Positions 20,610 through 31,079 are shown, counted from the stretch's first letter. The stretch: DNA of 64,000 nt from Rhizomicrobium sp. (GCA_037201525.1 JBBCHP010000013.1:4068-68067); one strand, 5' to 3'. Notes: a model not told the origin generated them from the sequence alone. A program made the numbers and translations.

Positions 20610-21934
20610 TGGACGCGCCGCGAACGCTTGCGAAACTTCGTGCCATCGACCCGGTGCTTCGTGCGGGCCGCGTGCGCATGATCACGGCGACTTCCATAGA
20701 GGCAGATGGCCCGAGCGTCGCGTTGGGAACGCTTTGCGACGTTGAAGGAGACGGCGGGCTCGGCAGCTTCCCGGCGGAAGTCATACGGGTCAACCGCGAT
20801 TCCATCGTGCTTTCTCCGTTGCAGGACGGTACGCCAACCTTCTCCGGAGCGTTTGTAAAAGCGACGATGCGCGCCGACAGCGTACCGGTCAGTAGAAAAT
20901 TCTTGGGACGTGCGGTGGATGCACTCGCCCGGCCGATAGACGGAAAGGGCTCCATACAAGCCGATGCATTTGTGAGTCTGCAGGGAGAGATTTCCTTACC
21001 TTTGGAGAGAACCTCTCCGCCTCAAATTCTTGAGACCGGTATCCGCGCGATCGATGGACTGTTGACGTTGGGAGTCGGTCAGCGCGTCGGCATTTTCGCG
21101 GCAAGCGGCGTGGGAAAAACGAGTCTGATTACCGAACTCGCCTGTCATCTGGATGCCGATATATCGATCCTGTGCCTTGTCGGAGAACGCGGTCGTGAGG
21201 TCGACGGAATATGGAATGGGGCGCTCGACGAGCATGCAAGGACAAAATCCACGCTTGTCGCGGCAACGTCTGATCAGTCCGCCGCCATGCGCGTGCGAGC
21301 GGCATATTACGGATTGGCGCTTGCGGATTATTGGCGATCGCAGGGCAAGCACGTTCTCTTTCTTCTGGACTCCGTGACGCGGCTTGCCATGGCGCTGCGC
21401 GAGCTAGGCTTGGCGGCCGGAGAGCCACCCACCGTCAGAGCGTACACGCCCAACGTTTTTGCGGCGCTCCCCAAGATCGTGGAGCGTTGCGGGGCGCTCA
21501 AATCCGGCGGAGCAATCACGGCGATCATGACGGTTTTGAGCGAAACCGACGAGGTGGACGATCCCGTGAGCGAGCTCATGAAGTCGCTCCTGGACGGACA
21601 CATCGTTCTTTCGCGGCAACTGGCCGAGCAAACACATTTCCCTGCCATCGATGTGTCTCGCAGCATCAGTCGCGTCGCCACCGACCTCGCAACGCATAGG
21701 CATCGTGATGACGCGCTCCAGGTTCTTGAGTGGATAAGTCTTCAGCAATCTTCCCGGATGCTTGTCGATACCGGTCTCCATGTGAAAGGCGCCAATCCAC
21801 GATTGGATATCGCGCTCGATCGATATCCTGCCGCCGTGAACTTTCTGCGCCAAAAGAAAGGCGAGCGCTCGTCTCTCGTGTCGACCATGACGGCTCTTGA
21901 CGAGCTTGCACACGGAGGCGCGCATGCGCCGTAG
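20606..21934 (+). CDS. fliI: Type III export ATPase FliI/SctN
   Basis: GQRVGIFAASGVGKTS, VGERGREV, LLDSVTRLA, GEPP, LLDGHIVLSR, FPAIDV. Confidence 0.93.
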   Translation: MMDAPRTLAKLRAIDPVLRAGRVRMITATSIEADGPSVALGTLCDVEGDGGLGSFPAEVIRVNRDSIVLSPLQDGTPTFSGAFVKATMRADSVPVSRKFLGRAVDALARPIDGKGSIQADAFVSLQGEISLPLERTSPPQILETGIRAIDGLLTLGVGQRVGIFAASGVGKTSLITELACHLDADISILCLVGERGREVDGIWNGALDEHARTKSTLVAATSDQSAAMRVRAAYYGLALADYWRSQGKHVLFLLDSVTRLAMALRELGLAAGEPPTVRAYTPNVFAALPKIVERCGALKSGGAITAIMTVLSETDEVDDPVSELMKSLLDGHIVLSRQLAEQTHFPAIDVSRSISRVATDLATHRHRDDALQVLEWISLQQSSRMLVDTGLHVKGANPRLDIALDRYPAAVNFLRQKKGERSSLVSTMTALDELAHGGAHAP

Positions 21935-22379
21935 GCAGAATGCACAACATATGACAACGACGATTGCAGCTATTCGAGAACTGCAGAGGTTGCGCAAAGA
22001 GGCCGATCTCTCGCGGTCCGTGGCACTCTGGCAAGCAAGCAAAAACGTGCTTGAAGATGTCCGCGAGGACCGTGAACGCCTCGCCGTTAACTGGCAACAG
22101 TCGATCGATCGCGATGTGCTGTCGCCGGAGTTAACCGCATTATGGGCCGGCGAACTGCGTCGGAACGAACTCCGGATATTGCGCGCGGCCATCAACGCGG
22201 ATCACGCGAATGCTGCCCGCCAGCTGAGCGCATTGACGCTCAATACGGCCACCGCACATCGCGACGCCGCCGAGGACGCGGCGCGCAAAGCCCGCCGCCG
22301 GAATGACGAGGAAAAAGAAGAAGCGCGGCTTCAGCACGTCACGGACGGTTATGCACGAAGAAAGCGAGGTGTCCTATGA
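21924..22379 (+). CDS. FliJ/SctO-like coiled-coil protein
   Basis: About 150 aa, charged and helical, directly after the ATPase. Confidence 0.5.
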   Translation: MRRRQNAQHMTTTIAAIRELQRLRKEADLSRSVALWQASKNVLEDVREDRERLAVNWQQSIDRDVLSPELTALWAGELRRNELRILRAAINADHANAARQLSALTLNTATAHRDAAEDAARKARRRNDEEKEEARLQHVTDGYARRKRGVL

Positions 22380-23152
22380 ATCCGGTCGCGACTTATCCCG
22401 AAACATCCAAGGCAATGGTGCAACCGCTCATCCTCGCGGCTGCATCGGATTCTGGATCGTCTGCGGCGTCCTTCGCGCAATTGCTCGATGATCCGAAAGA
22501 TGGACAGAGGAAGACGCAAAAGGCGCAGGAGCACCCCGCTTACAGTTTCGGTCAACTCGGCATGTTCGGTCTGCATGCCGACGTCTTCAGGCCGGATTCC
22601 GGCGAGGCTTCGGATAATTCCGTCTTGCCGGTCTCAAAGCCTCTGGCGACGGCGCTGGCGCAAAGTCGCAACGATGAAGAAACAACGAGAAACACAGCAA
22701 CGGCCTCTTTAATCACGATTCCATTTTTGGAGGGCGACGTCCTCACAGACACTTGGCGTATCGATGCGATTCTCTCTGCCCAAAGCAGTGCGACGCCGGT
22801 GAGTGCGGGTTTTGCGATTGTCGGCACAACGCATGCCACGTCGAATTCGGCAAAAGGGACACCCGAACGCGCTGCTCCCGCTACGAAAGGCAACATGAAG
22901 CCGGATTTGCCGCAAACGCGGAAGCCCGACTCGGATGTCATCTCGATTACGGTGACAGGGCCGGAAGAGGCGCTTCAGATTGCGGCCCGGAGTCAAGCCG
23001 GTACGGATGTTGAAGTCGCGAAACTGCGCAAGGTGATCGAGAACACGGTGGCGGAGTTCGAAATGGACATCGCCGAACTGCGTGTGAACGGGCAGACGAC
23101 CGCCACGGAATTCTCACTTGGGGGAGGAGCGAATGGCGGTATCGGCCGTTGA
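22376..23152 (+). CDS. FliK/SctP-like hook-length control protein
   Basis: Low-complexity S/A/T/P-rich N-region, compact C-domain ending LRVNG, position between fliJ-like and flgD. Confidence 0.45.
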   Translation: MNPVATYPETSKAMVQPLILAAASDSGSSAASFAQLLDDPKDGQRKTQKAQEHPAYSFGQLGMFGLHADVFRPDSGEASDNSVLPVSKPLATALAQSRNDEETTRNTATASLITIPFLEGDVLTDTWRIDAILSAQSSATPVSAGFAIVGTTHATSNSAKGTPERAAPATKGNMKPDLPQTRKPDSDVISITVTGPEEALQIAARSQAGTDVEVAKLRKVIENTVAEFEMDIAELRVNGQTTATEFSLGGGANGGIGR

Positions 23153-23528
23153 TGCGCAGAGCGCGTACGGGCTCGATTTTCAGTCCTTGCTGAAAATCAT
23201 TCTGACGGAGCTCACCTATCAGGATCCCTTGAAGCCTGTCGACAACTACGAGTTCGTCTCGCAGCTCGGCCAGTTCTCTCAATTGCAGCTGAGCCAAACG
23301 CTCAACGACAACGTGACCAAACTTCTGGCCTCGCAAGCATCGACACAAGCTGCCGGCTTGTTGGGGCGCACAGTGGACTTCAGCTCCGGCGACTCGAACG
23401 GAACGACGATTTCGGGTCAGGTGACGGCCGTCTCATTCAGCAGTGGGCAGCCGTTGATCACTATTGAGACTGCTGATGGTCAAACCGTTGGCGATTTGTC
23501 GATTGCCGACATCACGCAAATTCGATGA
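23133..23528 (+). CDS. flgD: Hook capping protein FlgD (short)
   Basis: LLKIILTELTYQDPLKPVDNYEFVSQLGQFSQL, AAGLLGRTV. Confidence 0.85.
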   Translation: MAVSAVDAQSAYGLDFQSLLKIILTELTYQDPLKPVDNYEFVSQLGQFSQLQLSQTLNDNVTKLLASQASTQAAGLLGRTVDFSSGDSNGTTISGQVTAVSFSSGQPLITIETADGQTVGDLSIADITQIR

Positions 23529-23544
23529 AAGAAGAGAGGGCAGA

Positions 23545-24723
23545 ATGTTAGGTGCAATTTATACCGGTCTGAGCGGCATGAACGCTTACTCGGACGGTCT
23601 CATGATGATCAGTAATGACGTCGCTAACTTGAATACGCTGGGATACAAGGGAAACTTCCTTTCGTTCGACAGCCTGTACGAAAACGGCGGCGCCTTTTTG
23701 GGAAGCTCGGGCGGCGGCTACGGCGTGAGCATGGGAAGCTCGTTTATTGACTTCAGCCAGGGCACGTTGCAGCAGACGACAAACCCGCTTGATCTCGCCA
23801 TTCAGGGCAATGGCTTTATCACGGTTCTGAAGGACGGCCAGACCTACTATGAACGGACCGGAAATTTCTTCGTCAATCAGGACGGCTTTATTTCCGACAG
23901 TCAGGGCAATCATCTCGCGGTGCTGGATGCGAACGGAGAAACACAGCCCTTCAACATCGACGCATATAAAACCTATGCGCCTGCGGCGACGACGAATGTT
24001 ACCTACAACGGCAATCTCGATCCGACGGCGACCGACCCCGTCACGTCCAGTATCAAGGTCTATGACAGCCGCGGCACGGAACACGATTGGACGGTGACGT
24101 TCACCAAAGCCGGTGTTTCCACTGATGGAAACGAGACCTGGAACGTCACGGTGACGGACGCCGATGGCAATACCGTCGGTAGCGGATCGCTTGAGTTCGA
24201 CTCGTCTGGCGCAGTCGCGGGGAACTCGAAAATCGTCGTTCAGCAGAACGTCGATGGCGGCGACCCGCTGAACGTCACGCTCGATTTTTCCTCGGGCGTT
24301 AGCTCGTTTTCCGCAGGCGGGACATCTTCGCTCGCTGCGTCCTCGATCGACGGCAATGCCATGGGCACGCTCACCGGCGTCGGTGTCGATGCGAACGGGC
24401 AGATCGAGCTGGCTTATTCAAATGGCAAGACAGCGACGCAGGGCTATGTCGCACTTGCGAATTTCCAAGATCCGCAGGTCCTGCAGCGTCTGACGGGCGG
24501 TCTTTATGCCGATCCGACGGGTCAGCCGGTGAGCTATCACAAAAGCGGTGCGGACGGATTGGGAACCCTGGAATCCGGCCAGGTCGAAGCCTCGAACGTC
24601 AACCTCTCGAGTGAGTTCGGTGAGCTTATTCTCATCGAACGCGGCTTCCAGGCTTGCTCGCAGATCGTCAGCATCTCCAATGAGATGATCCAGACCCTGT
24701 TCGGTATGCGGGGCCAAGGATGA
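23545..24723 (+). CDS. flgE: Hook protein FlgE
   Basis: IYTGLSGM..ISNDVANLNTLGYK, DLAIQGNGF, VYDSRGTEH D2 domain, EASNVNLSSEFGELILIERGFQA. Confidence 0.9.
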   Translation: MLGAIYTGLSGMNAYSDGLMMISNDVANLNTLGYKGNFLSFDSLYENGGAFLGSSGGGYGVSMGSSFIDFSQGTLQQTTNPLDLAIQGNGFITVLKDGQTYYERTGNFFVNQDGFISDSQGNHLAVLDANGETQPFNIDAYKTYAPAATTNVTYNGNLDPTATDPVTSSIKVYDSRGTEHDWTVTFTKAGVSTDGNETWNVTVTDADGNTVGSGSLEFDSSGAVAGNSKIVVQQNVDGGDPLNVTLDFSSGVSSFSAGGTSSLAASSIDGNAMGTLTGVGVDANGQIELAYSNGKTATQGYVALANFQDPQVLQRLTGGLYADPTGQPVSYHKSGADGLGTLESGQVEASNVNLSSEFGELILIERGFQACSQIVSISNEMIQTLFGMRGQG

Positions 24724-25454
24724 CAGGCGTGGGCGCCAGAGCCTGGTTGCCGAAAAGCGCTTTCACGCGAGAGGCGGTCGAAGGCGCGCTGTCCGAGCCG
24801 TTACAGGCGTGGGCGGCACGGTGGTTTGCACGCGCGACGCTCGGCGTCGCGCGTGTGGATTTTTCGAGCGAGGCTTCTATTGCTCCGGCGTCCAACATTC
24901 GTTTGACCGGTTCCGGTGTCGAGGTGGAACTAACGGGAATAGGCAAACGGCATCTGCTTGAAGCTGCGCTCGATGCGGATCTGTCGAACAACGTCTTGAC
25001 CGGTCCAGACAGACGCCTGCTCGACATGTTCGTGCGCAATGTTCTTGAGGACTTGGTTTCGCAGTTCGAGAAGACGTTCGGTCCCAATATCGAAAATGAT
25101 GGAAATCGTGTGATCGCCCGGTTGGCGCTGGCGGGGCACGATGTTCTCACTCTGCACGTACCGGAAGTGTCGCTCATCGCCGTTTTGAAGCGCAGCAAAC
25201 ACCGGGAGAATTCGCCAGCAAGCACGCTCGTGCGCCGTTCGGCAGCTTTGCGGCACACGGTGCTGCATGCATACGGCTATTTGGGCAGCACCGAAATCGG
25301 AATCGCAGAACTTGAAGCGCTCGGTGCCGGCGATGTGTTGGTTTTGGACCGCGCGCTAGATGAAAACATCGATCTTCGGCTCACGGACGGTGGAACGACG
25401 TTTCTGCGTGGCCGGCTCTGCGAAGACGCCGGCGGTTATTCGATCCAATTATAG
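24720..25454 (+). CDS. Divergent FliM/SctQ-like protein with C-terminal SpoA domain
   Basis: LGSTEIGIAELEALGAGDVLVLDR SpoA signature; N-terminus unlike the CheY-binding peptide of FliM. Confidence 0.7.
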   Translation: MTGVGARAWLPKSAFTREAVEGALSEPLQAWAARWFARATLGVARVDFSSEASIAPASNIRLTGSGVEVELTGIGKRHLLEAALDADLSNNVLTGPDRRLLDMFVRNVLEDLVSQFEKTFGPNIENDGNRVIARLALAGHDVLTLHVPEVSLIAVLKRSKHRENSPASTLVRRSAALRHTVLHAYGYLGSTEIGIAELEALGAGDVLVLDRALDENIDLRLTDGGTTFLRGRLCEDAGGYSIQL

Positions 25455-25463
25455 AGAGCACCT

Positions 25464-25775
25464 ATGTCAATCAGTACGATGCGACCGCAGGACACTGCCA
25501 GGACGGAACGGTCAGGCGATAGCGCGAAACCCGCAGCCATGGAGAGCCATATCCTGCGCGGCGTGCGCGTCTCTCTGGATGCACAGTTGGGCAACGCATC
25601 GCTCGCAGTTGAAGAACTCATGGCCCTTAAAGCTGGGTCCATCGTGACACTCCAGACGGGATTGGCAGATCCCGTCGGGATTTTTCTCAACGACACATTG
25701 ATCGCGCGGGGCGAAATCGTCGCCGTTGGCGACAAGTACGCCGTGCGAATTCTAGAAGTTGCATCGCCACCATGA
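25464..25775 (+). CDS. fliN: C-ring protein FliN
   Basis: VRVSLDAQLG..LAVEELMALKAGSIVTL, LIARGEIVAVGDKYAVRILEV. Confidence 0.85.
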   Translation: MSISTMRPQDTARTERSGDSAKPAAMESHILRGVRVSLDAQLGNASLAVEELMALKAGSIVTLQTGLADPVGIFLNDTLIARGEIVAVGDKYAVRILEVASPP

Positions 25776-26166
25776 ATTCAAAGCGCAAAGTGCGGTTTGG
25801 GTTGCTTGGACTGATCGCTCTGGCATCCGTGCTGGGGTCTCAATCTGCATTCTGTCAGACGCTGGGCCAGGGGTACGACGATGGGATTTCTGTTTGGCGC
25901 ATCGTCATAGTTCTGCTGTTGGGCGTTGGCTTGCGGCCGCTGGCGCATACGCACTCAAAGCCCGCATGGGCGGCGGTGGTCCTTCAGTTTTCAATACGCG
26001 TCGGCGCAGAATGAATCTTGTTGAGACCTTGCGGTTGAGCCAGCACGCCGGACTGTCGATCGTATCGTGCGATGGACAAGATCTTCTCGTTCTCTTCTCT
26101 GAACGTCAGGGCAGCGTCGTGCGCGAACTCGAATCCGGCGGCCGGCCGGCTGACATCTCGTCATAG
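25772..26166 (+). CDS. FliO-like protein (frameshift near 25935)
   Basis: TM segment, then RRMNLVETLRLSQHAGLSIVSCDGQDLLV; between fliN and fliP. Confidence 0.6.
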
Positions 26167-26174
26167 GCCGCGCT

Positions 26175-26973
26175 GTGCTCATTCGCGTCATTCTTTGGAT
26201 AGGGCTCATATTTGCCGGACTATCCAGCACGGCGGCGTTCGCGCTTCCGGCAGCTCCAACAACCCCCGTTGTCAGGCTGACACCACAAGCTCAGGTCTCT
26301 CTGGCAACCGCCGCCGTAGCGGCCGCGTCTGCGAAAGATCAAACCAAGACCGCCGGACGTTGTCCGCATCGCATTGATATTGACGCTCCTGACACTCGTA
26401 CCGGCGTTCATTTTGAGTACGACATCCTTTGTTCGCATTATTGTCGTCCTCTCGATGATCAGGCACGCCTTTGGAATGCCGGAGACGCCGCCCAATCAAG
26501 TTCTGATCAGCTTGGTGATCTTTCTCACTGCGTTTTCGATGATGCCGGCGCTTCAGTCGGTGAATTCGCAGGCGCTCCAGCCCTTTTTGGAAGGGCATCT
26601 GACGATCGACGATGCCGTCTCGAAGGGCGAGGGTCCGATCAGAGACTTTATGCTGCGTCAGGTTCGCGATCAGGACATCAAGGCAATTTACGATATCTCG
26701 CATAAGCCATTGCCCGCCCGCGCGGCCGATGTGGGAACGCTTCAGCTTATTCCCGCCTTTATGCTGAACGAGCTTCGGGTGTCTTTCCGGATCGGGTTCG
26801 TCATCATGCTCCCGTTCTTGCTCATAGACCTCGTTGTTTCGAGCATATTGCTGGCGATGGGCATGTTGATGGTGCCGCCCTCGACGCTTTCGCTCCCGAT
26901 CAAAATACTGATGTTCGTGCTTATCGACGGTTGGACGCTTGTGCTGCAGGGTGTCTTGGGCAGTTTTCGATGA
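26175..26973 (+). CDS. fliP: Export gate protein FliP (frameshift near 26355)
   Basis: TSFVRIIVVLSMIRHAFG..TPPNQVL, PAFMLNEL, LPFLLIDLVVSSILLAMGMLMVPP, KILMFVLIDGW. Confidence 0.93.
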
Positions 26974-27748
26974 ACGAAACATCTCCAATTCCTGCGGGCG
27001 TTGGAGATGCCAACGGGGCGAGCGAAGAGAGGGCGCTTTGGACCGCCCTCAAAAAGTCGGGTTCACAAAGCGCGCGCGAGCAGCTCGTTGCTGTTCATAT
27101 GAGCTTTGTGCGCAGCATTGCCAGACGCCATTTTCGGGAACAGTCGCGCGGCGACCTCGAATTGGCCGAGCTGTACCAGTTGGCCTATACGGGGCTTTTG
27201 GAAGCCATTGATCGCTTCGACCCGGAATATGGTGCCCCATTTCGCCCGTTCGCGGCGCATCGAATATCGGGAAGTATCCTCGACGGGATCGCCAGCTCGA
27301 GCGAAATGCGCGAACAAATCTCGTGGGCGAGGCGTGTCCGCCTCCGCCGCGAGCGCCTGCAGTCTCTCGCTCATGATAGCGGGCAGGGAGAAGCTCCTTC
27401 GGCTTGTGGAGCGATTGGCGGAGATCGCTGCCGGATTGGCTTTGGGCTTCATGCTCGAAGGCACACAGATGATGATGGCCGCGGACGAGGAGTCTCTTCC
27501 GCTGCTGGTGAAACCGCATATGAGAGCGTGGCATGGAGCGACACGATTTCGCGGCTTCGGGCGGAATTGCGTCGCCTGCCGAGCCGTGAACAAGCAATTT
27601 TGCGGCAGCACTATATAAGTGGCATGACCTTCGATCAGATTGCAAGCGTTGCTTTTCCATCACGAAAGGCCGTGTCTCGCAACTTCATCGCGCAGCTTTG
27701 CTTTTGCTCAAGAAGCGCATGCGCGAAAACGGTCACTTTCGCATTTGA
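26970..27748 (+). CDS. FliA/WhiG-like sigma-70 family factor (frameshifted)
   Basis: AREQLV, GLLEAIDRFDP..G..F..FAAHRISGSILDG (region 2); LPSREQAILRQHY...(IT)KGRVSQLH (region 4). Confidence 0.82.
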
Positions 27749-27764
27749 GACTAGGAGATAGGTC

Positions 27765-28333
27765 ATGCAAAAAGCTATGCGCAGCTTGTGCCCGCCGGAG
27801 GATATCATGGCGCTCGTGCAATCGATCACCGCAGATGTTGCAATCGGGCTCGCGCAACCTCGAGGATGCGTTGCGGATTTTTCCCGACGATCCGCAACTG
27901 CATTTTTTGAAAGGCTCGATTCTTGCGGGCCGGCAGGATTTCGTCGCGTCGCGCGCGGAGATGCGCCGTGCCCTGGACTTGGCGCCGGGCTATGTGTTGG
28001 CCCGATTTCAACTCGGATTCTTGCTGCTGACAAGCGGTGAACCTTATGCAGCACAAGAAACATGGGTCCGCTTTATGCTCTGCCAGAGAGCAGTTTCCTG
28101 CGCGATTTCGTTGCGGGCTTATCTCACTTGATACGCGATGAGTTCGATGACGCAATACATGCTCTGCGAAAGGGCATTGCCAAGAACAGCGAAAATCCAC
28201 CGATGAACCGCGACATGGAGATGCTCATCGCGGCTATTCAAAACCAGCGTAGCGGTAAGAATGGCGAAACGCCGCGCACCGCCGTCGATCTCTTCTTCTG
28301 CAACAGGCCGCTTTGAAAGCCAGCAAACACTAG
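27765..28333 (+). CDS. TPR-like protein (frameshifted)
   Basis: LEDALRIFPDDPQLHFLKGSILAG, ALDLAPGYVLARFQLGFLLLTSG, GIAKNSENPPMNRDM. Confidence 0.7.
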
Positions 28334-28353
28334 CTTTTACAGGTATCGCGGTT

Positions 28354-28702
28354 ATGGAACGCATCAACAATACGGAGCGCTTGTGCTTCTGCTCCGGCAG
28401 AAGCTGGAGGAGCGTGCGAGAGCATCACGCGGCAGCGCCAAGGCTTCACGCGGCGCTGTGATGCCTGCCGAGGCATCCGGCATACGTGCTCTGGCGGCCG
28501 CCGATAACGCCGACGAGCAGACGTTGCGGCGTGCGGTCGTTCAGAATTTGCTGTCCGACCAACTCGATCCATCGCTGGTCAATGACGCACACAATTTCAG
28601 CAGATGGTGACTTCGCGTGACGGACGCGATTTGAAGAGGATCGCGAGACATTCCGAGCTGATGATTCAGGTCTTGACGCAAATCCGGCCGAAACAGCGCT
28701 AG
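28354..28702 (+). CDS. Hypothetical small helical protein ending the flagellar-like cluster (frameshifted)
   Basis: Reassembled MERINNTERL(V)LLLRQKLEER...RRAVVQNLLSDQLDPSLVND...IQVLTQIRPKQR*. Confidence 0.55.
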
Positions 28703-28944
28703 AGCATCGGGATATTCTGGCAGAGGTAATTCGCGATGACGAAGGTTTTTTCGTCTCTTTGAATTGATTTGGCGGAACTTTATCGCTCGCTGGCTACCAG
28801 TGAATTCGCCAAATGCGAATCCATTTGAGCATTGATCTAGCCTCTATTTGCGCAGGCAATACAGCCCATTAACAATTCTCGTTCGCTATTCGCAGGCGGC
28901 ACACCTAGTCATTGCCGGTCATCGCCAATTTCGGGACGGGCCTC

Positions 28945-30289
28945 ATGTCCAGCAGACAATTGAAACTCGGTTTTATTCTTCACGGCGTCGGCCCGGGTTG
29001 GGGCGACTGGCGACATCCTTTGGCGCCGAGCGATGGCAGCGTTAATTTTGATTTCTACCGGCGGCAGGCGCAGGCGGCGGAAAGAGGCAAATTCGATTTC
29101 CTGTTCGTCGCCGACAGCGTCTACATCACCGAAAAATCAAGCCCGCATTATCTCAACCGCTTCGACCGCTGACGATCCTCTCTGCGCTGGCGGCCGTGAC
29201 CCGGCATATCGGACTCGTCCGCCACCCTGACCGTCAGCTATACCGAGCCCTACAACGTGGCGCGCCAGTTCGCCTCTCTCGATCACATCAGCAGCGGCCG
29301 CGCCGGGTGGAATGTGGTGACCTCATGGCTCGAAGGCAGCGCCAGCAATTTCAGCAAGACCAGCCATTATCCGCATGACGTGCGCTATCGTCTGGCGGGT
29401 GAGTATCTGGACGTCGTGCAGGGTCTCTGGGATTCCTGGGAAGACGATGCGCTGGTGCGCAACAAGGAGACGGGACAGTTCCTCGATTCCGCCAAGCTGC
29501 ACTCCCTCAATCACAGCGGCGAATTCTTTTCCGTGAAAGGACCGCTGAACATTTCACGCTCGCGCCAGGGCCAACCTGTGATTTTCCAAGCCGGCGCTTC
29601 CGAAGACGGTAAGAACTTCGCCGCCAAACGGTCCGACGCCATCTTCGTCGCGCACGACACGCTGGATGAAGCCAAGGAATACTATCGGGACATCAAGCCA
29701 ACGTGCCGCAGGCTTCGGCCGGAACCCGGACGACGTTTTCATTCTACCCGGCATACGCCCCGTTGTCGGTCTCGACGCAAACGATGCCGAGCGCAGATAT
29801 CAGGAACTGATCAATCTCGTTTCGATCGAGGAATGCGCTCTCGATGCTGGGCCGTCCATTCAACGATTTCGATTTTTTCCGTTCACGACCTCGACGCGCC
29901 GTTCCCGGACGTTGCGCATGCCGGCCTCAACAGCAATCAGAGCGCTTCCAACCGCATCGTCGCTTTCGCCAGGAAAGAAGGCCTGACCCCTGCGGCAGAC
30001 AGCGCTGCGCTTCGTTACGCCGCGCAGCAAATTTTGTCGGCACGACCGGTGCAGGTCGCCGATGCGCTGGAGCAATGGCTGGTCGAGCGCGGCTGGCGAC
30101 GGTTTCAACATGTTCGAATCCCTGCCGGGCCAGCTCGAATATTTTGTCGAGCTTGTGGTGCCGATCCTGCAGAAACGCGGCCTGTTGCGTAGAGAATATG
30201 AGGCGGAGACGTTGCGTGGAAATCTCGGGCTGCCTTTCCCGATTAACCGCTACACCGCAAGCCGCCACGAAGCCATCGCCGCGGAATAG
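28945..30289 (+). CDS. NtaA/DszA/SnaA-family FMN-dependent monooxygenase (LLM; frameshifted)
   Basis: [76 protein letters not shown]. Confidence 0.88.
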
Positions 30290-30310
30290 CTCAGCAATCG
30301 GAGATCGGAC

Positions 30311-31079
30311 ATGGATTTGCTGCTGCACGGCAAGCGCGCCATCGTCACTGGAGGAAGCCGCGGCATCGGCAAGGCCATTGCCCGCCAGTTGGCTGAAGAA
30401 GGCGTCGATATCGTCTTGGCGGCCCGCACCAAGCTACCGCTCGAAGCAGCCGCCGCTGAACTCGCCGCCGCTACGGGACGGACCGTCGTTCCGATCGTTG
30501 CCGACACCGGCAACGACGAATCCGTTCAAGCCCTGGTGGCGGAGGCGCGCCGGCAATTGGGCGGCATCGACATTCTGGTCAACAACGCGCGCGCAGCCGG
30601 GCGGCTCGCTGCCCGCCGCGCGGCTGGACCCAGGTGCAGGGCGACTATCTGCTCGGCGAAGTCAATATAAAAGTTGCAGGTTATCTGCGCATGGCGCGCG
30701 CACTGGCGCCGCATATGATCGAGGCAGGCTGGGGGCCGCATCATCAATATTGGCGGGTTGGCGGCACGGAAAATCAGGCAATTATGTCGCCTCGGTGCGC
30801 AACTCCGCGGTCAGCGCCATCACGAAGAATATGGCCGACGACGAACTGGGCCCCCGATGGCATCAACGTCGTCGCCATCCATCCCGGCGCAACGCGGACT
30901 GAAAAAACCGACCCTGCCACGGAAGAGAAATTCGCCAAGGCCGTCAGCATCGGACGCATCGTTGATGCCTCCGAGATCGCTTTTCTGGTGGCGTTCCTGG
31001 CCTCGCCGAAGAGCATTGCTATCAATGGCGAGACCCTTTGCCGCAGATGGCGGCGGCTTCGGCCCCATTCCACTACTAG
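30311..31079 (+). CDS. Short-chain dehydrogenase/reductase (frameshifted)
   Basis: AIVTGGSRGIG, DILVNNA, INVVAIHPGATRT. Confidence 0.85.

Noticed and set aside
9323-28702. Classical injectisome (non-flagellar T3SS) or ordinary motility locus
   Set aside because: It has flagellum-specific rod, hook and L/P-ring genes and no secretin or needle, yet lacks all filament and motor genes within the window
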